This document shows positions 8,450 through 16,993 of a stretch of 24,000 nt of DNA, piece by piece. The stretch lies in contig NZ_CP078093.1 of NCBI RefSeq assembly GCF_019203185.1, positions 1,437,058-1,461,057 on the forward strand. Direction: 5' to 3'. The translations under genes were made by a program, and so were the position numbers. This DNA comes from Crassaminicella indica (GTDB lineage: Bacteria; Bacillota; Clostridia; Peptostreptococcales; Thermotaleaceae). Position 1 is the first letter of the stretch, and each line of letters starts with the position of its first letter. A model generated the notes under the pieces. That model saw only the letters and a list, made by a program, of their open reading frames with translations, searched no databases and was not told the origin of the DNA.

Positions 8450-8600
8450 AAATAAGAACCGTAGGTCTTACGGAGATAGCCTGTGGAGATAGTAGGTTAC
8501 GAGGTTTATGAAGCAGGAAAAGTTCTTGGATACACCAAGAAGCCCCCACTTCAGCGTGATCAAGTGGAGGGAGAGTTCACAGCTAGAAAAAAGTCAAGAT
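8450..8600 (+). ncRNA. Omega-RNA (reRNA) scaffold / right end of the degraded IS605-family element
   Basis: It lies directly 3' of the tnpB remnant and is hairpin-rich. Hairpins are ccgta/tacgg (8459-8473), cttgg/ccaag (8525-8539) and a 9-bp GC stem (8543-8571), followed by AGTTCAC (8574-8580). The 3' module recurs at 105-159. Confidence 0.55.
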
Positions 8601-8641
8601 GAGGATAAATTACACCCAATACATTAAAAGGGAGGACAAAT

Positions 8642-9127
8642 ATGAGAATGCTAAAGACTTGTAATGATTTTTTGTATAACATGAAGACTCCCAAATATGT
8701 GGTGTTCATGGCATGTGTAGGTTATGCATCTTCAATTATTCTCTTAAACATTATCTACTTGATTATGGGTATTAATTTTAGTCAAGATGGAGGACCAACT
8801 TATATTAATGTTTTGGATGAAATATTATTTGCCATAATTTTATCTCCTATAATTGAAACTTTAGTATTTCAAACATTTGTATTTACAGTGATGAAAGAAA
8901 TGAGATGGTTTAAAAGTAAAGAATTTTTAATTATGCTATTCTCTGCTGTGTGTTTTAGCGGAATGCATATGATTTATAATGCTTATTATGCTATGAGTGC
9001 ATTCATAATAGGGTTGATCTTAGCATATTCATTTTCAATTTATAGTAAAAAGGGAAAGAAAGCATCTGTAGTAGTTATTTTGATACATAGTTTTATAAAT
9101 ATGATATCGGTTATATTTTCATATTAG
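8642..9127 (+). CDS. Small CPBP/Abi-like membrane protein (degenerate CAAX-protease motifs), possibly an immunity-type protein
   Basis: 161 aa and multi-TM. Motif-like segments are IETLVFQ, FSGMHMIYN and LIHSFIN. RBS AGGGAGG lies upstream of ATG 8642. Confidence 0.65.
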   Translation: MRMLKTCNDFLYNMKTPKYVVFMACVGYASSIILLNIIYLIMGINFSQDGGPTYINVLDEILFAIILSPIIETLVFQTFVFTVMKEMRWFKSKEFLIMLFSAVCFSGMHMIYNAYYAMSAFIIGLILAYSFSIYSKKGKKASVVVILIHSFINMISVIFSY

Positions 9128-9225
9128 GAAGAAGATTAAATTGTAGAGATAAGGGGGATTTTGTCAACAAGTAATTTTATTACCTATATAACAGTAGAAA
9201 AGCAATTCTTATACTCTTGGTTGCT
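8804..9225 (+). repeat. Direct repeat copy 1 (~420 bp), covering the 3' two-thirds of the small CPBP gene plus ~100 bp of downstream tail
   Basis: Near-identical to 10048-10490. The encoded peptides differ at only 2 residues. Confidence 0.9.
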
Positions 9226-9379
9226 CTTTTGCTGTTTAGTTTAAAAAAATTTATTTAATAAATATTATGAAATATTGGTGTAATATGAAATTTGCTTATA
9301 ATTTTTTGTATTGTTGTTATACAAATCTAAAATGGACATTTGAGGATAAAGACAAATTATAAATAGAGAGGTGCTGGGA

Positions 9380-9970
9380 ATGGGTTGGATTGGATATGAT
9401 ACGGAAGAAAAATGGATACAGTTTAGTAGAGAAATAGATGGTAAATACGTAGAAGGTGGATTATTCAAATCTTCACAGGTTAAAGCAAATATATCTAATT
9501 GGAGAATTGTTTTAGATACACAGCTTATTGCAACAGGGCGAACACGTACTACTCATACTAGGATACGAGCACGTTTTGTGAATATATCAGGATTTACTTT
9601 TAAAATTCATAAAAATGGCTTATTTAGTAAGATAGGTAGATTATTTGGTATGCAGAATATATTGATAGGCGATAGCATATTTGATGATAAATTCATAATT
9701 AAAGGAAATGATGAACAAAAAGTAAAACAATTATTTTCAAATAAAAAGATTAGAGAAATGATAAATGCTCAATCTGGAATATATTTGGAAATTACAGATG
9801 AGTACGGAGGTAGTAATATATTAGAGAATAATATTGCCGAATTAAAGTTTAGTGTTGATGGTGAAATAAAAGATGTAGATAGATTAAAACAATTGTTTGA
9901 ATTATTTGAGAAATTATTAAATGAGTTATGTAATATGGGAATGATAGATAGGATAAATTCTAAATTATAA
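9380..9970 (+). CDS. Hypothetical protein (no domain recognised)
   Basis: 196 aa, soluble, with continuous coding character. ATG 9380 follows GAGAGGTG. The track start of 9371 is the GTG inside that RBS. A possible promoter is TTGTAT-N16-TAAAAT at ~9307-9334. Confidence 0.6.
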   Translation: MGWIGYDTEEKWIQFSREIDGKYVEGGLFKSSQVKANISNWRIVLDTQLIATGRTRTTHTRIRARFVNISGFTFKIHKNGLFSKIGRLFGMQNILIGDSIFDDKFIIKGNDEQKVKQLFSNKKIREMINAQSGIYLEITDEYGGSNILENNIAELKFSVDGEIKDVDRLKQLFELFEKLLNELCNMGMIDRINSKL

Positions 9971-10047
9971 GCTCGCTGGAGGTTCAAAATGATAGCGAAT
10001 AATAGTTGTAGATCACAGAAAAAAACACTAACAATCTACTTGGAAGA

Positions 10048-10490
10048 ATTAATGTTTTGGATGAAATATTATTTGCCATAATTTTATCTCCTATAATTGA
10101 AACCTTAGTATTTCAAACATTTGTATTTACAGTGATGAAAGAAATGAGATGGTTTAAAAGTAAAGAATTTTTAATTATGCTATTTTCTGCTGTGTGTTTT
10201 AGTGGAATGCATATGATTTATAATGCTTATTATGCTATGAGTGCATTTATAATAGGGTTGATCTTAACATATTCATTTTCAATTTATAGTAAAAAGGGAA
10301 AGAATGCATCTGTAGTAGTTATTTTGATACATAGTTTTATAAATATGATATCGGTTATATTTTCATATTTGTGAAATTTTCATATTAGGAAGAAAAGAAT
10401 TAAATTGTAGAGATAAGGGGGATTTTGTCAACAAGTAATTTTATTGCTTATATAACAGTAGAAAAGCAACTCCTTATACTCCGGGTTGCT
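10048..10490 (+). repeat. Direct repeat copy 2 (~443 bp)
   Basis: Same sequence as 8804-9225. It carries an extra 17-nt local duplication (ttgtgaaattttcatat) at the end of the CPBP frame and a few substitutions and indels in the tail. Confidence 0.9.
10057..10374 (+). pseudogene. Duplicated C-terminal fragment of the small CPBP-like gene, lacking the N-terminal ~57 codons
   Basis: 105 codons, ~98% identical to residues 58-161 of the 8642-9127 product. The only possible start is a TTG with no RBS. The frame is closed by TAG at 10009-10011. Confidence 0.65.
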
Positions 10491-10628
10491 ACGAAGAATG
10501 CTTTTGAGAAAAGCGAATTAGACTTAAAAAAATACAAAACAGATAATTACTTAAAAGGGAACAAGATTGCTTAGTCAAACTTGCAAACTAGTGTTTTAAC
10601 TAGACATATTATAAAAGGAGAGAAAATA

Positions 10629-10973
10629 ATGAATAGTATATTGTTAGCAATTGCAATAATTTTTGTAGTAGTAGGAAGCCTTTCGTATTTGTTATCTACA
10701 AGCTATTGTATAACAAATGGACAAATTATTATTAGAAGTGGCTTTGCTAAAACAAATATTGCTATTAGTGAAATAAAGCATATTTTTATATCTAATCAGT
10801 ATTCACAACCAGAAGAAAAGGACGAAACATGTATATACCTATCAATGTCATATTACAATGTAACGGATAGGATAGTTATTAAAATGAATAATAATAAAAC
10901 ATACTTTATTGCTTTAAACAACATTCAAAAATTTATAGAAGATGTTAAGAAAAATGGGATAGAACTTAAATAA
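10629..10973 (+). CDS. Small membrane-anchored bacterial PH-domain-like protein (bPH/DUF1200-like)
   Basis: 114 aa from the ATG after AAGGAGAG. It has an N-terminal TM helix followed by the pattern Y.I.NG.I.IRSG....I.I.EI..I. The upstream part of the track ORF (10581-) lacks an RBS. Confidence 0.5.
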   Translation: MNSILLAIAIIFVVVGSLSYLLSTSYCITNGQIIIRSGFAKTNIAISEIKHIFISNQYSQPEEKDETCIYLSMSYYNVTDRIVIKMNNNKTYFIALNNIQKFIEDVKKNGIELK

Positions 10974-11188
10974 ATGAATAATATTTTCATCACCTTAAAA
11001 GAATTGTTTACATGGAGATAAAGTAGAATTATATGATGTAGTGGCTATTTAGCCCCTTATCGAATTTGAACAAATTAAAATTATATGAGAATGGTAAAGA
11101 CTTACTGTTCAGAAAAGAAAACGTATAGAACTGTAGTAATAGACAATCCTTTTTCTTGCATATAATGAATTATGCAGGGGGAGGGATA

Positions 11189-11956
11189 ATGTTGAAAAGA
11201 TGTTTATTATGGATAATGATCTACAGTTTATGTATGAGTATGCTGCTTTATGTAGGCAGCTTTTTTGAGCATACAGAAAACAAGGTGGACTTAAATGCAC
11301 CTATAAGATTATGTAAGGAAAATGAATATGTAGGATGGGAAGAAAAAAAGCTTAAAGAAAATCCTGATTATAAAAATCTTTGGATACTTATAGATATTAA
11401 TGAAAAAAGATTAGAATTGATTGATTTAGATTATAAAAAAATTCTACGAAAATACAGAATTGCAAGTGGCAAGCCAAGTACTCCATCTCCTATTGGTAGT
11501 TGGAAAATTATTGGAAAAGGAAGATGGGGAGAAGGCTTTGGTACAAGGTTTATGGCACTTAATGTACCGTGGGGCAAATACGGAATACATGGTACCAACA
11601 AACCAAATTCTATTGGATGGGCATCTTCTCATGGTTGTATAAGAATGAACAATAAGGATGTAGAGGAGTTATATAAGTTTGTCAAAGTAGGTACTCCTGT
11701 GACCATACAGGGAGGTGTCTTTGGTCCTTTTGGGAATGGATTTCGGATAATAGAGCCAGGCTTTAGGGGTTCAGATGTTTATGAAGTACAAAGGTTTATG
11801 AAAGAAAAAGGATATTATCCACTATGGGTGGATGGTATTTACGGAGAAGGTATGAAAAGATATGTGATTAAATTCAGAAAGGATCATGGACTAAATCTTA
11901 CACATAATATAGATGGAGAATTTTATAAAGCTTTAGGAATACAGTTGTTTGAATAA
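11189..11956 (+). CDS. L,D-transpeptidase (YkuD domain) with a C-terminal peptidoglycan-binding domain
   Basis: The catalytic motif HGTNKPNSIGWASSHGCIRM is present. A PG_binding_1-like C-terminus follows (GSDVYEVQRFMKEKGYYPLWVDGIYGEGMKRYVIKFRKDHGL). ATG 11189 follows GGGGGAGGG, and an N-terminal signal/TM segment is present. Confidence 0.88.
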   Translation: MLKRCLLWIMIYSLCMSMLLYVGSFFEHTENKVDLNAPIRLCKENEYVGWEEKKLKENPDYKNLWILIDINEKRLELIDLDYKKILRKYRIASGKPSTPSPIGSWKIIGKGRWGEGFGTRFMALNVPWGKYGIHGTNKPNSIGWASSHGCIRMNNKDVEELYKFVKVGTPVTIQGGVFGPFGNGFRIIEPGFRGSDVYEVQRFMKEKGYYPLWVDGIYGEGMKRYVIKFRKDHGLNLTHNIDGEFYKALGIQLFE

Positions 11957-11991
11957 AAGTTTCTGCTGAGATATAGTAGGAACTTTTTTTA
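11957..11991 (+). terminator. Rho-independent terminator
   Basis: aagtttctgct / agtaggaactt stem (two G-U pairs) followed by a T7 run. Confidence 0.6.
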
Positions 11992-12087
11992 TTAGGCAAA
12001 ATAATTTTATATAAAAATGTGGCAAGAATCCTACTTTTTTATTTTTTTACATATACTTTTATGAATAGCTTTTAAGGAGGGAGCAGC

Positions 12088-13191
12088 ATGCTTATATTTA
12101 TTACAATGAAGAAAAAAAGATTAATGATATTATTAGGAATTTTTACTTTTTTTATTTTGTGCATGCTTTTATTCCTTTTTGTTCCTAAAGTATCTACTGT
12201 TTTTGTAGAACAAGAAATATCACATGAACTACAGAAGATTTTTGATAAAAGAACTAATGCTATTTTAAATAATGATATGGAAGCGCTTAAAAATCTATAT
12301 GATTGTTCAAGAAAATATGGATTATGGGCTTATGAGCATGAGAAGAAAAAAATGAAATATTTACATGGATGGTCTGAAAAACAGGGAATAAAATTTACAG
12401 ATATTAATCCAATTGTAATGGTGAAATGGATAAAGGATAAAGGAGATCGCATTACTGTTAATTTGACTGTCTGTTCTGAGTATAAATATGTTTATGAAAA
12501 CGATCCAGAAAAAATAAATCTTTTTAGAATAGGAACTTATCATTCTTTAGATATTAGACCTACTGAAGAGGGGTGGGTGATTATTAGAGAATGGTATACA
12601 GATCCATTTGCAGATTCTATGCATCTTGAACAAGTAAAAACAGAAAAAATAAAAGAATATATATTATCTCAGGATGTCAGAGATTTCTCAAATATGATAG
12701 AAAGAAGAAAAAATGCTGTATGCTATGCAGATAAATATTGTGGAGCAGCAGGTGATAGAGAATACTCTTATAATAAGAAATATAAAAACTATAATCCATT
12801 AGGAGGAGATTGTGCAAACTTTGCTTCTCAAATTTTGTACGAAGGAGGAAAATTTAGAAAAAACTATTCATGGAATTATGGAAAGGGTGCTACAAGGGCG
12901 TGGATCAATGCGCATGGCTTTAAAGATTATATGCTCTATAGTGGAAGAGCTTCTAAGGTTGCTTATGGAACTTATGACAAAGTATATAAAGCTGCTTATA
13001 AGCTTTTACCTGGTGATTTTATAGCTTATGAAAAAAATGGAAAGATTACACATATATCTGTGATAACAGGTGCTGACTCTAAAGGGTATCCTCTTGTAAA
13101 TTCGCATAATACAGATAGATATAGAGTACCATGGGATCTTGGCTGGAGTGATAGAGATATAAGGTTTTGGCTTATTCATGTGCATTTTTGA
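12088..13191 (+). CDS. Putative amidase-domain protein (Amidase_6, PF12671-like), membrane-anchored
   Basis: N-terminal TM segment. The C-terminal segment GGDCANFASQILYEGG ... GDFIAYE ... HISVITG ... LVNSHNTDR is typical of the 'putative amidase domain'. RBS AAGGAGGG lies upstream. Confidence 0.75.
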   Translation: MLIFITMKKKRLMILLGIFTFFILCMLLFLFVPKVSTVFVEQEISHELQKIFDKRTNAILNNDMEALKNLYDCSRKYGLWAYEHEKKKMKYLHGWSEKQGIKFTDINPIVMVKWIKDKGDRITVNLTVCSEYKYVYENDPEKINLFRIGTYHSLDIRPTEEGWVIIREWYTDPFADSMHLEQVKTEKIKEYILSQDVRDFSNMIERRKNAVCYADKYCGAAGDREYSYNKKYKNYNPLGGDCANFASQILYEGGKFRKNYSWNYGKGATRAWINAHGFKDYMLYSGRASKVAYGTYDKVYKAAYKLLPGDFIAYEKNGKITHISVITGADSKGYPLVNSHNTDRYRVPWDLGWSDRDIRFWLIHVHF

Positions 13192-13314
13192 AAAATTATA
13201 GAAACCAAAGTTTCTTTATATGATTACTATGATTTTTATTTGAAAATATGATGACATATGTATTTATATAATGTATAATAATGGTAAACTTGGGGCAGGT
13301 ATAGGGGGGGACGA

Positions 13315-14784
13315 ATGATGTTTAGGAACAGAAAAATAGTAAAACAAATAAATGAACTTATTGAAAATTTTGAGAGTAATGATGTGAGTAGTTTGGAGAA
13401 AGCAGATAAGGAGAATTATGGAAATAAGGTTGTGAAATTATTTACAAAGATATTAAAAACCTGTAAGGTGAGTATACCAAGAATCAATCAGCTGATAAAA
13501 GGGACATTACGTATAGCAACGGAAGTGAGTACCTTTAATGTAGGCTTGTTTCATTTTTCAAGTGATATAAAAAGAGTAGCTATAAAACTAAAAGAAGCTT
13601 CTGAAACTATGGGGGCAGCTATTCAGCAAACAAATGCAAGTATGACTCAAGTAGCAGATACAATAGTGGAACATGCATCTTCTGTTGAAAATATTTTAGT
13701 ACAAACAGATACATTATTAAAGATTACAGAAACAAATGATAAAATGATTAAGCAAATGAAGAAGATGCAGGCAGATGTCTCTAATAGTGCTGTTTCAATG
13801 GATGAAGATACGAAAAATTTATTATCAGTAATAGAAGAAATGAAAAATATTGTTGCAGGGATTAGTGAGATTGCAGGGCATACAAATTTATTGGCTTTAA
13901 ATGCAAGTATTGAAGCAGCAAGAGCAGGTGAAAATGGTAGAGGTTTTGCAGTAGTTGCAGATGAAGTTAAAAAGCTTGCAGAAAGCACAAAAGAACAATT
14001 ACATTCAGTAGAAACAATGATGCTTACAATAGAGGCTGTATCGAATAAAAGTAGAGAAAGTGTGAAAGATACATTAAAAGCTATTGGAAATATAGATAAA
14101 TATACAGAGCAAATGATAAGAGCTTTTGCTGAAAGTAGAAGCGTTATAGAATCTGTAAGTAGTGGAATCAAAGTTATGGCAGATAGTACGGAAGAAATTA
14201 GTGTAGCTAGTCAACAAGTGAGTGCAGCTATGCAGGTTGTCAGTGAAGATAGTAATAAATTATTATATGTTGCAGATGATCTATACAAAAAATCAGAAGA
14301 AATTAGCCGGTTAGGAAATGAAATAGAAAGAATAGAAGAGGAGTTATCACATCTTTCTAAAATCAGTGGAAAAATGAGCAATGAAGCATATTTTAAAATC
14401 AGCAACGATGATTTTATAGAAATACTAGAGCATGCTATTCATGGGCATATAAATTGGATCAATACGTTGCAGAAGATGGCTGAAGAAATGAAAATTCAGC
14501 CAATACAAATAGATGGAACAAAATGTAAATTTGGGCATTTTTATTATGCTGTAAATCCTGTTCATACTGAAATCAAAAGAATTTGGGGTAAAATTGAGCA
14601 AATTCATCTAGAACTCCATGCATTAGGACATTATGTTATGGAGCATATTGAAAATAACGATAGAATCAGTGCGCAGAGAGATAGTAAAAAAGCAAAGGAA
14701 TATTCTCAGAAAGTAATGGAAATGTTTGTTGCCTTAAAGGAAAAAACAAAAGAACTTTCACAACAAGGAATAGATGTTTTTTAA
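13315..14784 (+). CDS. Soluble methyl-accepting chemotaxis protein with a C-terminal CZB (chemoreceptor zinc-binding) domain
   Basis: The MCP signalling hairpin core is [35 protein letters not shown]. The CZB pattern is [10 protein letters not shown]...CKFGHFYY...[10 protein letters not shown]. No TM segment is evident. Confidence 0.88.
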   Translation: MMFRNRKIVKQINELIENFESNDVSSLEKADKENYGNKVVKLFTKILKTCKVSIPRINQLIKGTLRIATEVSTFNVGLFHFSSDIKRVAIKLKEASETMGAAIQQTNASMTQVADTIVEHASSVENILVQTDTLLKITETNDKMIKQMKKMQADVSNSAVSMDEDTKNLLSVIEEMKNIVAGISEIAGHTNLLALNASIEAARAGENGRGFAVVADEVKKLAESTKEQLHSVETMMLTIEAVSNKSRESVKDTLKAIGNIDKYTEQMIRAFAESRSVIESVSSGIKVMADSTEEISVASQQVSAAMQVVSEDSNKLLYVADDLYKKSEEISRLGNEIERIEEELSHLSKISGKMSNEAYFKISNDDFIEILEHAIHGHINWINTLQKMAEEMKIQPIQIDGTKCKFGHFYYAVNPVHTEIKRIWGKIEQIHLELHALGHYVMEHIENNDRISAQRDSKKAKEYSQKVMEMFVALKEKTKELSQQGIDVF

Positions 14785-14830
14785 GATAAGAGTTCAAGGT
14801 TTAATTTGGATATAAATGTAATACAGTACT

Positions 14831-14862
14831 AGAAAAGAGGTGGAAATTTCCGCCTCTTTTCT
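14831..14862. terminator. Bidirectional terminator between the convergent MCP and holin-like genes
   Basis: A 13-bp stem agaaaagaggtgg / ccgcctcttttct with a 6-nt loop. A/T runs are built into both arms. Confidence 0.7.
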
Positions 14863-14885
14863 AATATGAATTAGGGTGACAGGAA

Positions 14886-15152
14886 TTATTTTTGATCGGT
14901 GTAATTTTTTGTTTTTATATTACTTACTACATTACAAACTGTATCGCATGTTCCAACTGATGCAATACCAGTGAACAAGCCGTAGATGATATATTCTGCC
15001 GTAGATGAGAATTTTAAGAACAGAAAGCTACCTAATACACCTAATGGCAGAGCGATTAAATGAGCATATCTTTTGGCAAGTCCAAATTTTTCTAGCGTTT
15101 CGGTAATACCAAAAACGACAACAATCAATATACCTATTTTAGAGTCTATCAA
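14886..15152 (-). CDS. Small two/three-TM protein resembling phage holins (A118/Hol118-like architecture)
   Basis: 88 aa. TTG start lies 5 nt after AGGGGTGA. Hydrophobic helices are followed by a charged C-terminal tail (KTKNYTDQK). The family assignment is from memory of holin layouts only. Confidence 0.4.
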   Translation of the reverse strand: MIDSKIGILIVVVFGITETLEKFGLAKRYAHLIALPLGVLGSFLFLKFSSTAEYIIYGLFTGIASVGTCDTVCNVVSNIKTKNYTDQK

Positions 15153-15291
15153 GATATCACCCCTGCTTTAAGATACGATAAATAGGACGAGGTTGTGATA
15201 CATTTTATAAAATAGATCATTAAAAATGTGCATATTAGATAATATAAATGTGATATAATATCTCATAGCTTGAAAGAAAGGAAGAAAAGAG

Positions 15292-16884
15292 ATGATTCGT
15301 GTAAACGAAGTAAAATTATCATTAGATGAGAACACAAGTATTCTAAAAGAAAGAATTGCAAAAAAATTAAAGATAAATGAAAAGGATATTATTGATTATA
15401 AAATATATAGAGAATCAATAGATGCGAGGAGAAAGAATATTTCATTTGTTTATAGCATTGATGTACAGGTGAAAAATGAAGAGAAAATATTAAAGAAGAA
15501 TAAAAATGTAAAAAAGAGTCCTTCTCTTGAATATAAGGATATAGCTTCAGGAAATAAAAGATTGGAGAATCAACCTATTATTATTGGTATGGGACCTGCT
15601 GGTATGTTTGCAGGATTAATTCTTGCAAAGAGAGGATATAGACCTATTATATTAGAACGAGGAGAAGATGTAGATACAAGGACAAAGGATGTAGAAAGCT
15701 TTTGGAATATTGGAAAACTCAAAATAGATTCAAATGTTCAGTTTGGTGAAGGGGGAGCAGGAACCTTTTCAGATGGAAAATTAACCACTAGAATAAAAGA
15801 TATAAGATGTAGAAAAGTATTGGATGAATTTGTAAAGATGGGTGCACCAGAGGAAATTCTTTATGTGCAAAAGCCTCATATTGGAACAGATATTTTAAAG
15901 AATGTAGTAAAAAATATAAGAAAATCCATAGAAGCTTTTGGGGGAGAGGTTAGATTTAAAAGTAAAGTAACGGACTTTTTCATAGAAGATGGGAAGATAA
16001 AGGGATTGGAGATTAATGGAAGTACAAGAATAGCTGCGAAAGAGGTGATTTTGGCTATAGGTCATAGTGCAAGAGACACTTATGAAATTTTACATAAAAG
16101 AGGAGTACAAATTAGGCAAAAGCCTTTTTCAATAGGGGTACGCATAGAGCATCAACAGGGCATGGTGAATAGGTCTCAGTATAAAGAATTTGCAGAGCAT
16201 CCAAGATTAGGTGCTGCTGATTACAGACTAACTTATCAGAGCAAAAATGGTAGAGCGGTTTATACATTTTGTATGTGCCCGGGAGGAACAGTTGTTGCTG
16301 CAGCATCTGAAGAGAATATGGTAGTAACTAATGGTATGAGTGAATATAAGCGTGACAAAGAAAACGCGAATAGTGCTTTATTAGTACAGGTAAATACAGA
16401 TGATTTTGAAAGTGATCATCCACTTGCAGGTGTAGCATTTCAACAAAAATGGGAAAAACTAGCCTTTCAAGCAGGAGGCAGTAATTATTTTGCACCAGCT
16501 CAATTAGTAGGGGATTTTCTAAAGGATGTACCGTCAAATAAATTAGGAAATGTAAAGCCTTCTTATTTACCGGGTGTGAAATTAACAGATTTAAAAAAAT
16601 GTCTTCCAGGCTTTGTGATAGAGTCTATGAAGGAAGCTATTATTGAGATGGATAAAAAATTAAATGGGTTTGCCATGAGCGATGCAGTCATGACAGGAGT
16701 AGAAACAAGAAGCTCAGCACCTATTAGAATAGAAAGAAATGCGGATACAATGGAAAGCATCAACATAAAAGGTATGTATCCTATTGGGGAAGGAGCAGGA
16801 TATGCAGGGGGGATTATTTCTGCTGCGGTAGATGGGATAAAAGCAGCAGAGAGGATTATAGAGAAATATACACCTTTCATATAA
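15292..16884 (+). CDS. FAD-dependent oxidoreductase of the COG2509 family (uncharacterised FAD-dependent dehydrogenase)
   Basis: 530 aa. Dinucleotide-binding motif IIIGMGPAGMFAG, then GEGGAGTFSDGKL and GEGAGYAGGI near the C-terminus. Confidence 0.85.
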   Translation: MIRVNEVKLSLDENTSILKERIAKKLKINEKDIIDYKIYRESIDARRKNISFVYSIDVQVKNEEKILKKNKNVKKSPSLEYKDIASGNKRLENQPIIIGMGPAGMFAGLILAKRGYRPIILERGEDVDTRTKDVESFWNIGKLKIDSNVQFGEGGAGTFSDGKLTTRIKDIRCRKVLDEFVKMGAPEEILYVQKPHIGTDILKNVVKNIRKSIEAFGGEVRFKSKVTDFFIEDGKIKGLEINGSTRIAAKEVILAIGHSARDTYEILHKRGVQIRQKPFSIGVRIEHQQGMVNRSQYKEFAEHPRLGAADYRLTYQSKNGRAVYTFCMCPGGTVVAAASEENMVVTNGMSEYKRDKENANSALLVQVNTDDFESDHPLAGVAFQQKWEKLAFQAGGSNYFAPAQLVGDFLKDVPSNKLGNVKPSYLPGVKLTDLKKCLPGFVIESMKEAIIEMDKKLNGFAMSDAVMTGVETRSSAPIRIERNADTMESINIKGMYPIGEGAGYAGGIISAAVDGIKAAERIIEKYTPFI

Positions 16885-16885
16885 G

Positions 16886-16915
16886 AATAACCAGCAATTT
16901 GCTGGTTATTTTAGT
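16886..16915 (+). terminator. Rho-independent terminator
   Basis: Perfect 26-nt palindrome aataaccagcaaatttgctggttatt followed by a T-rich run. Confidence 0.75.
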
Positions 16916-16964
16916 ATATGAATAGTAGTGTTGTGTTTTGAAGTTGGAATCTTATATTTGAAGC

Positions 16965-16993
16965 TTTACAATACATATCAAATATGATATAAT
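16965..16993 (+). promoter_or_regulatory. Strong sigma-A-type promoter with an extended -10
   Basis: TTTACA (16965-16970), 17-nt spacer, TATAAT (16988-16993), preceded by TGa (16985-16987). It lies ~445 nt upstream of the next CDS. Confidence 0.6.

Noticed and set aside
8042-8600. Possibility that the TnpB remnant is a domesticated nuclease-dead guide-RNA repressor (TldR-like) controlling the adjacent CPBP gene
   Set aside because: The fragment lacks the entire N-terminal WED/REC/RuvC-I portion needed for RNA and DNA binding, and it has no start codon. Known TldRs are truncated at the C-terminus, not the N-terminus.
9267-9362. 31-codon Cys-rich ORF (MKYWCNMKFAYNFLYCCYTNLKWTFEDKDKL), considered as a possible bacteriocin-like peptide next to the CPBP immunity-type genes
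   Set aside because: It has no RBS, no leader or double-glycine motif, and it overlaps the likely promoter of the 9380 gene.
9989-10081. 30-codon ORF with a good GGAGG RBS running into the duplicated CPBP fragment
   Set aside because: It is out of frame with the CPBP fragment and terminates inside it. It is most likely a relic of the rearrangement, and I mention it under the R-X-R finding instead.
13647-14171. 174-aa minus-strand ORF antisense to the MCP gene (similar cases at 14211-14405, 14425-14607, 16563-16880, 18526-18930 and 4164-5272)
   Set aside because: These are antisense frames of AT-rich coding sequence. They have Ser/Ile/Phe-rich nonsense composition, no translation signals and no recognisable motifs.
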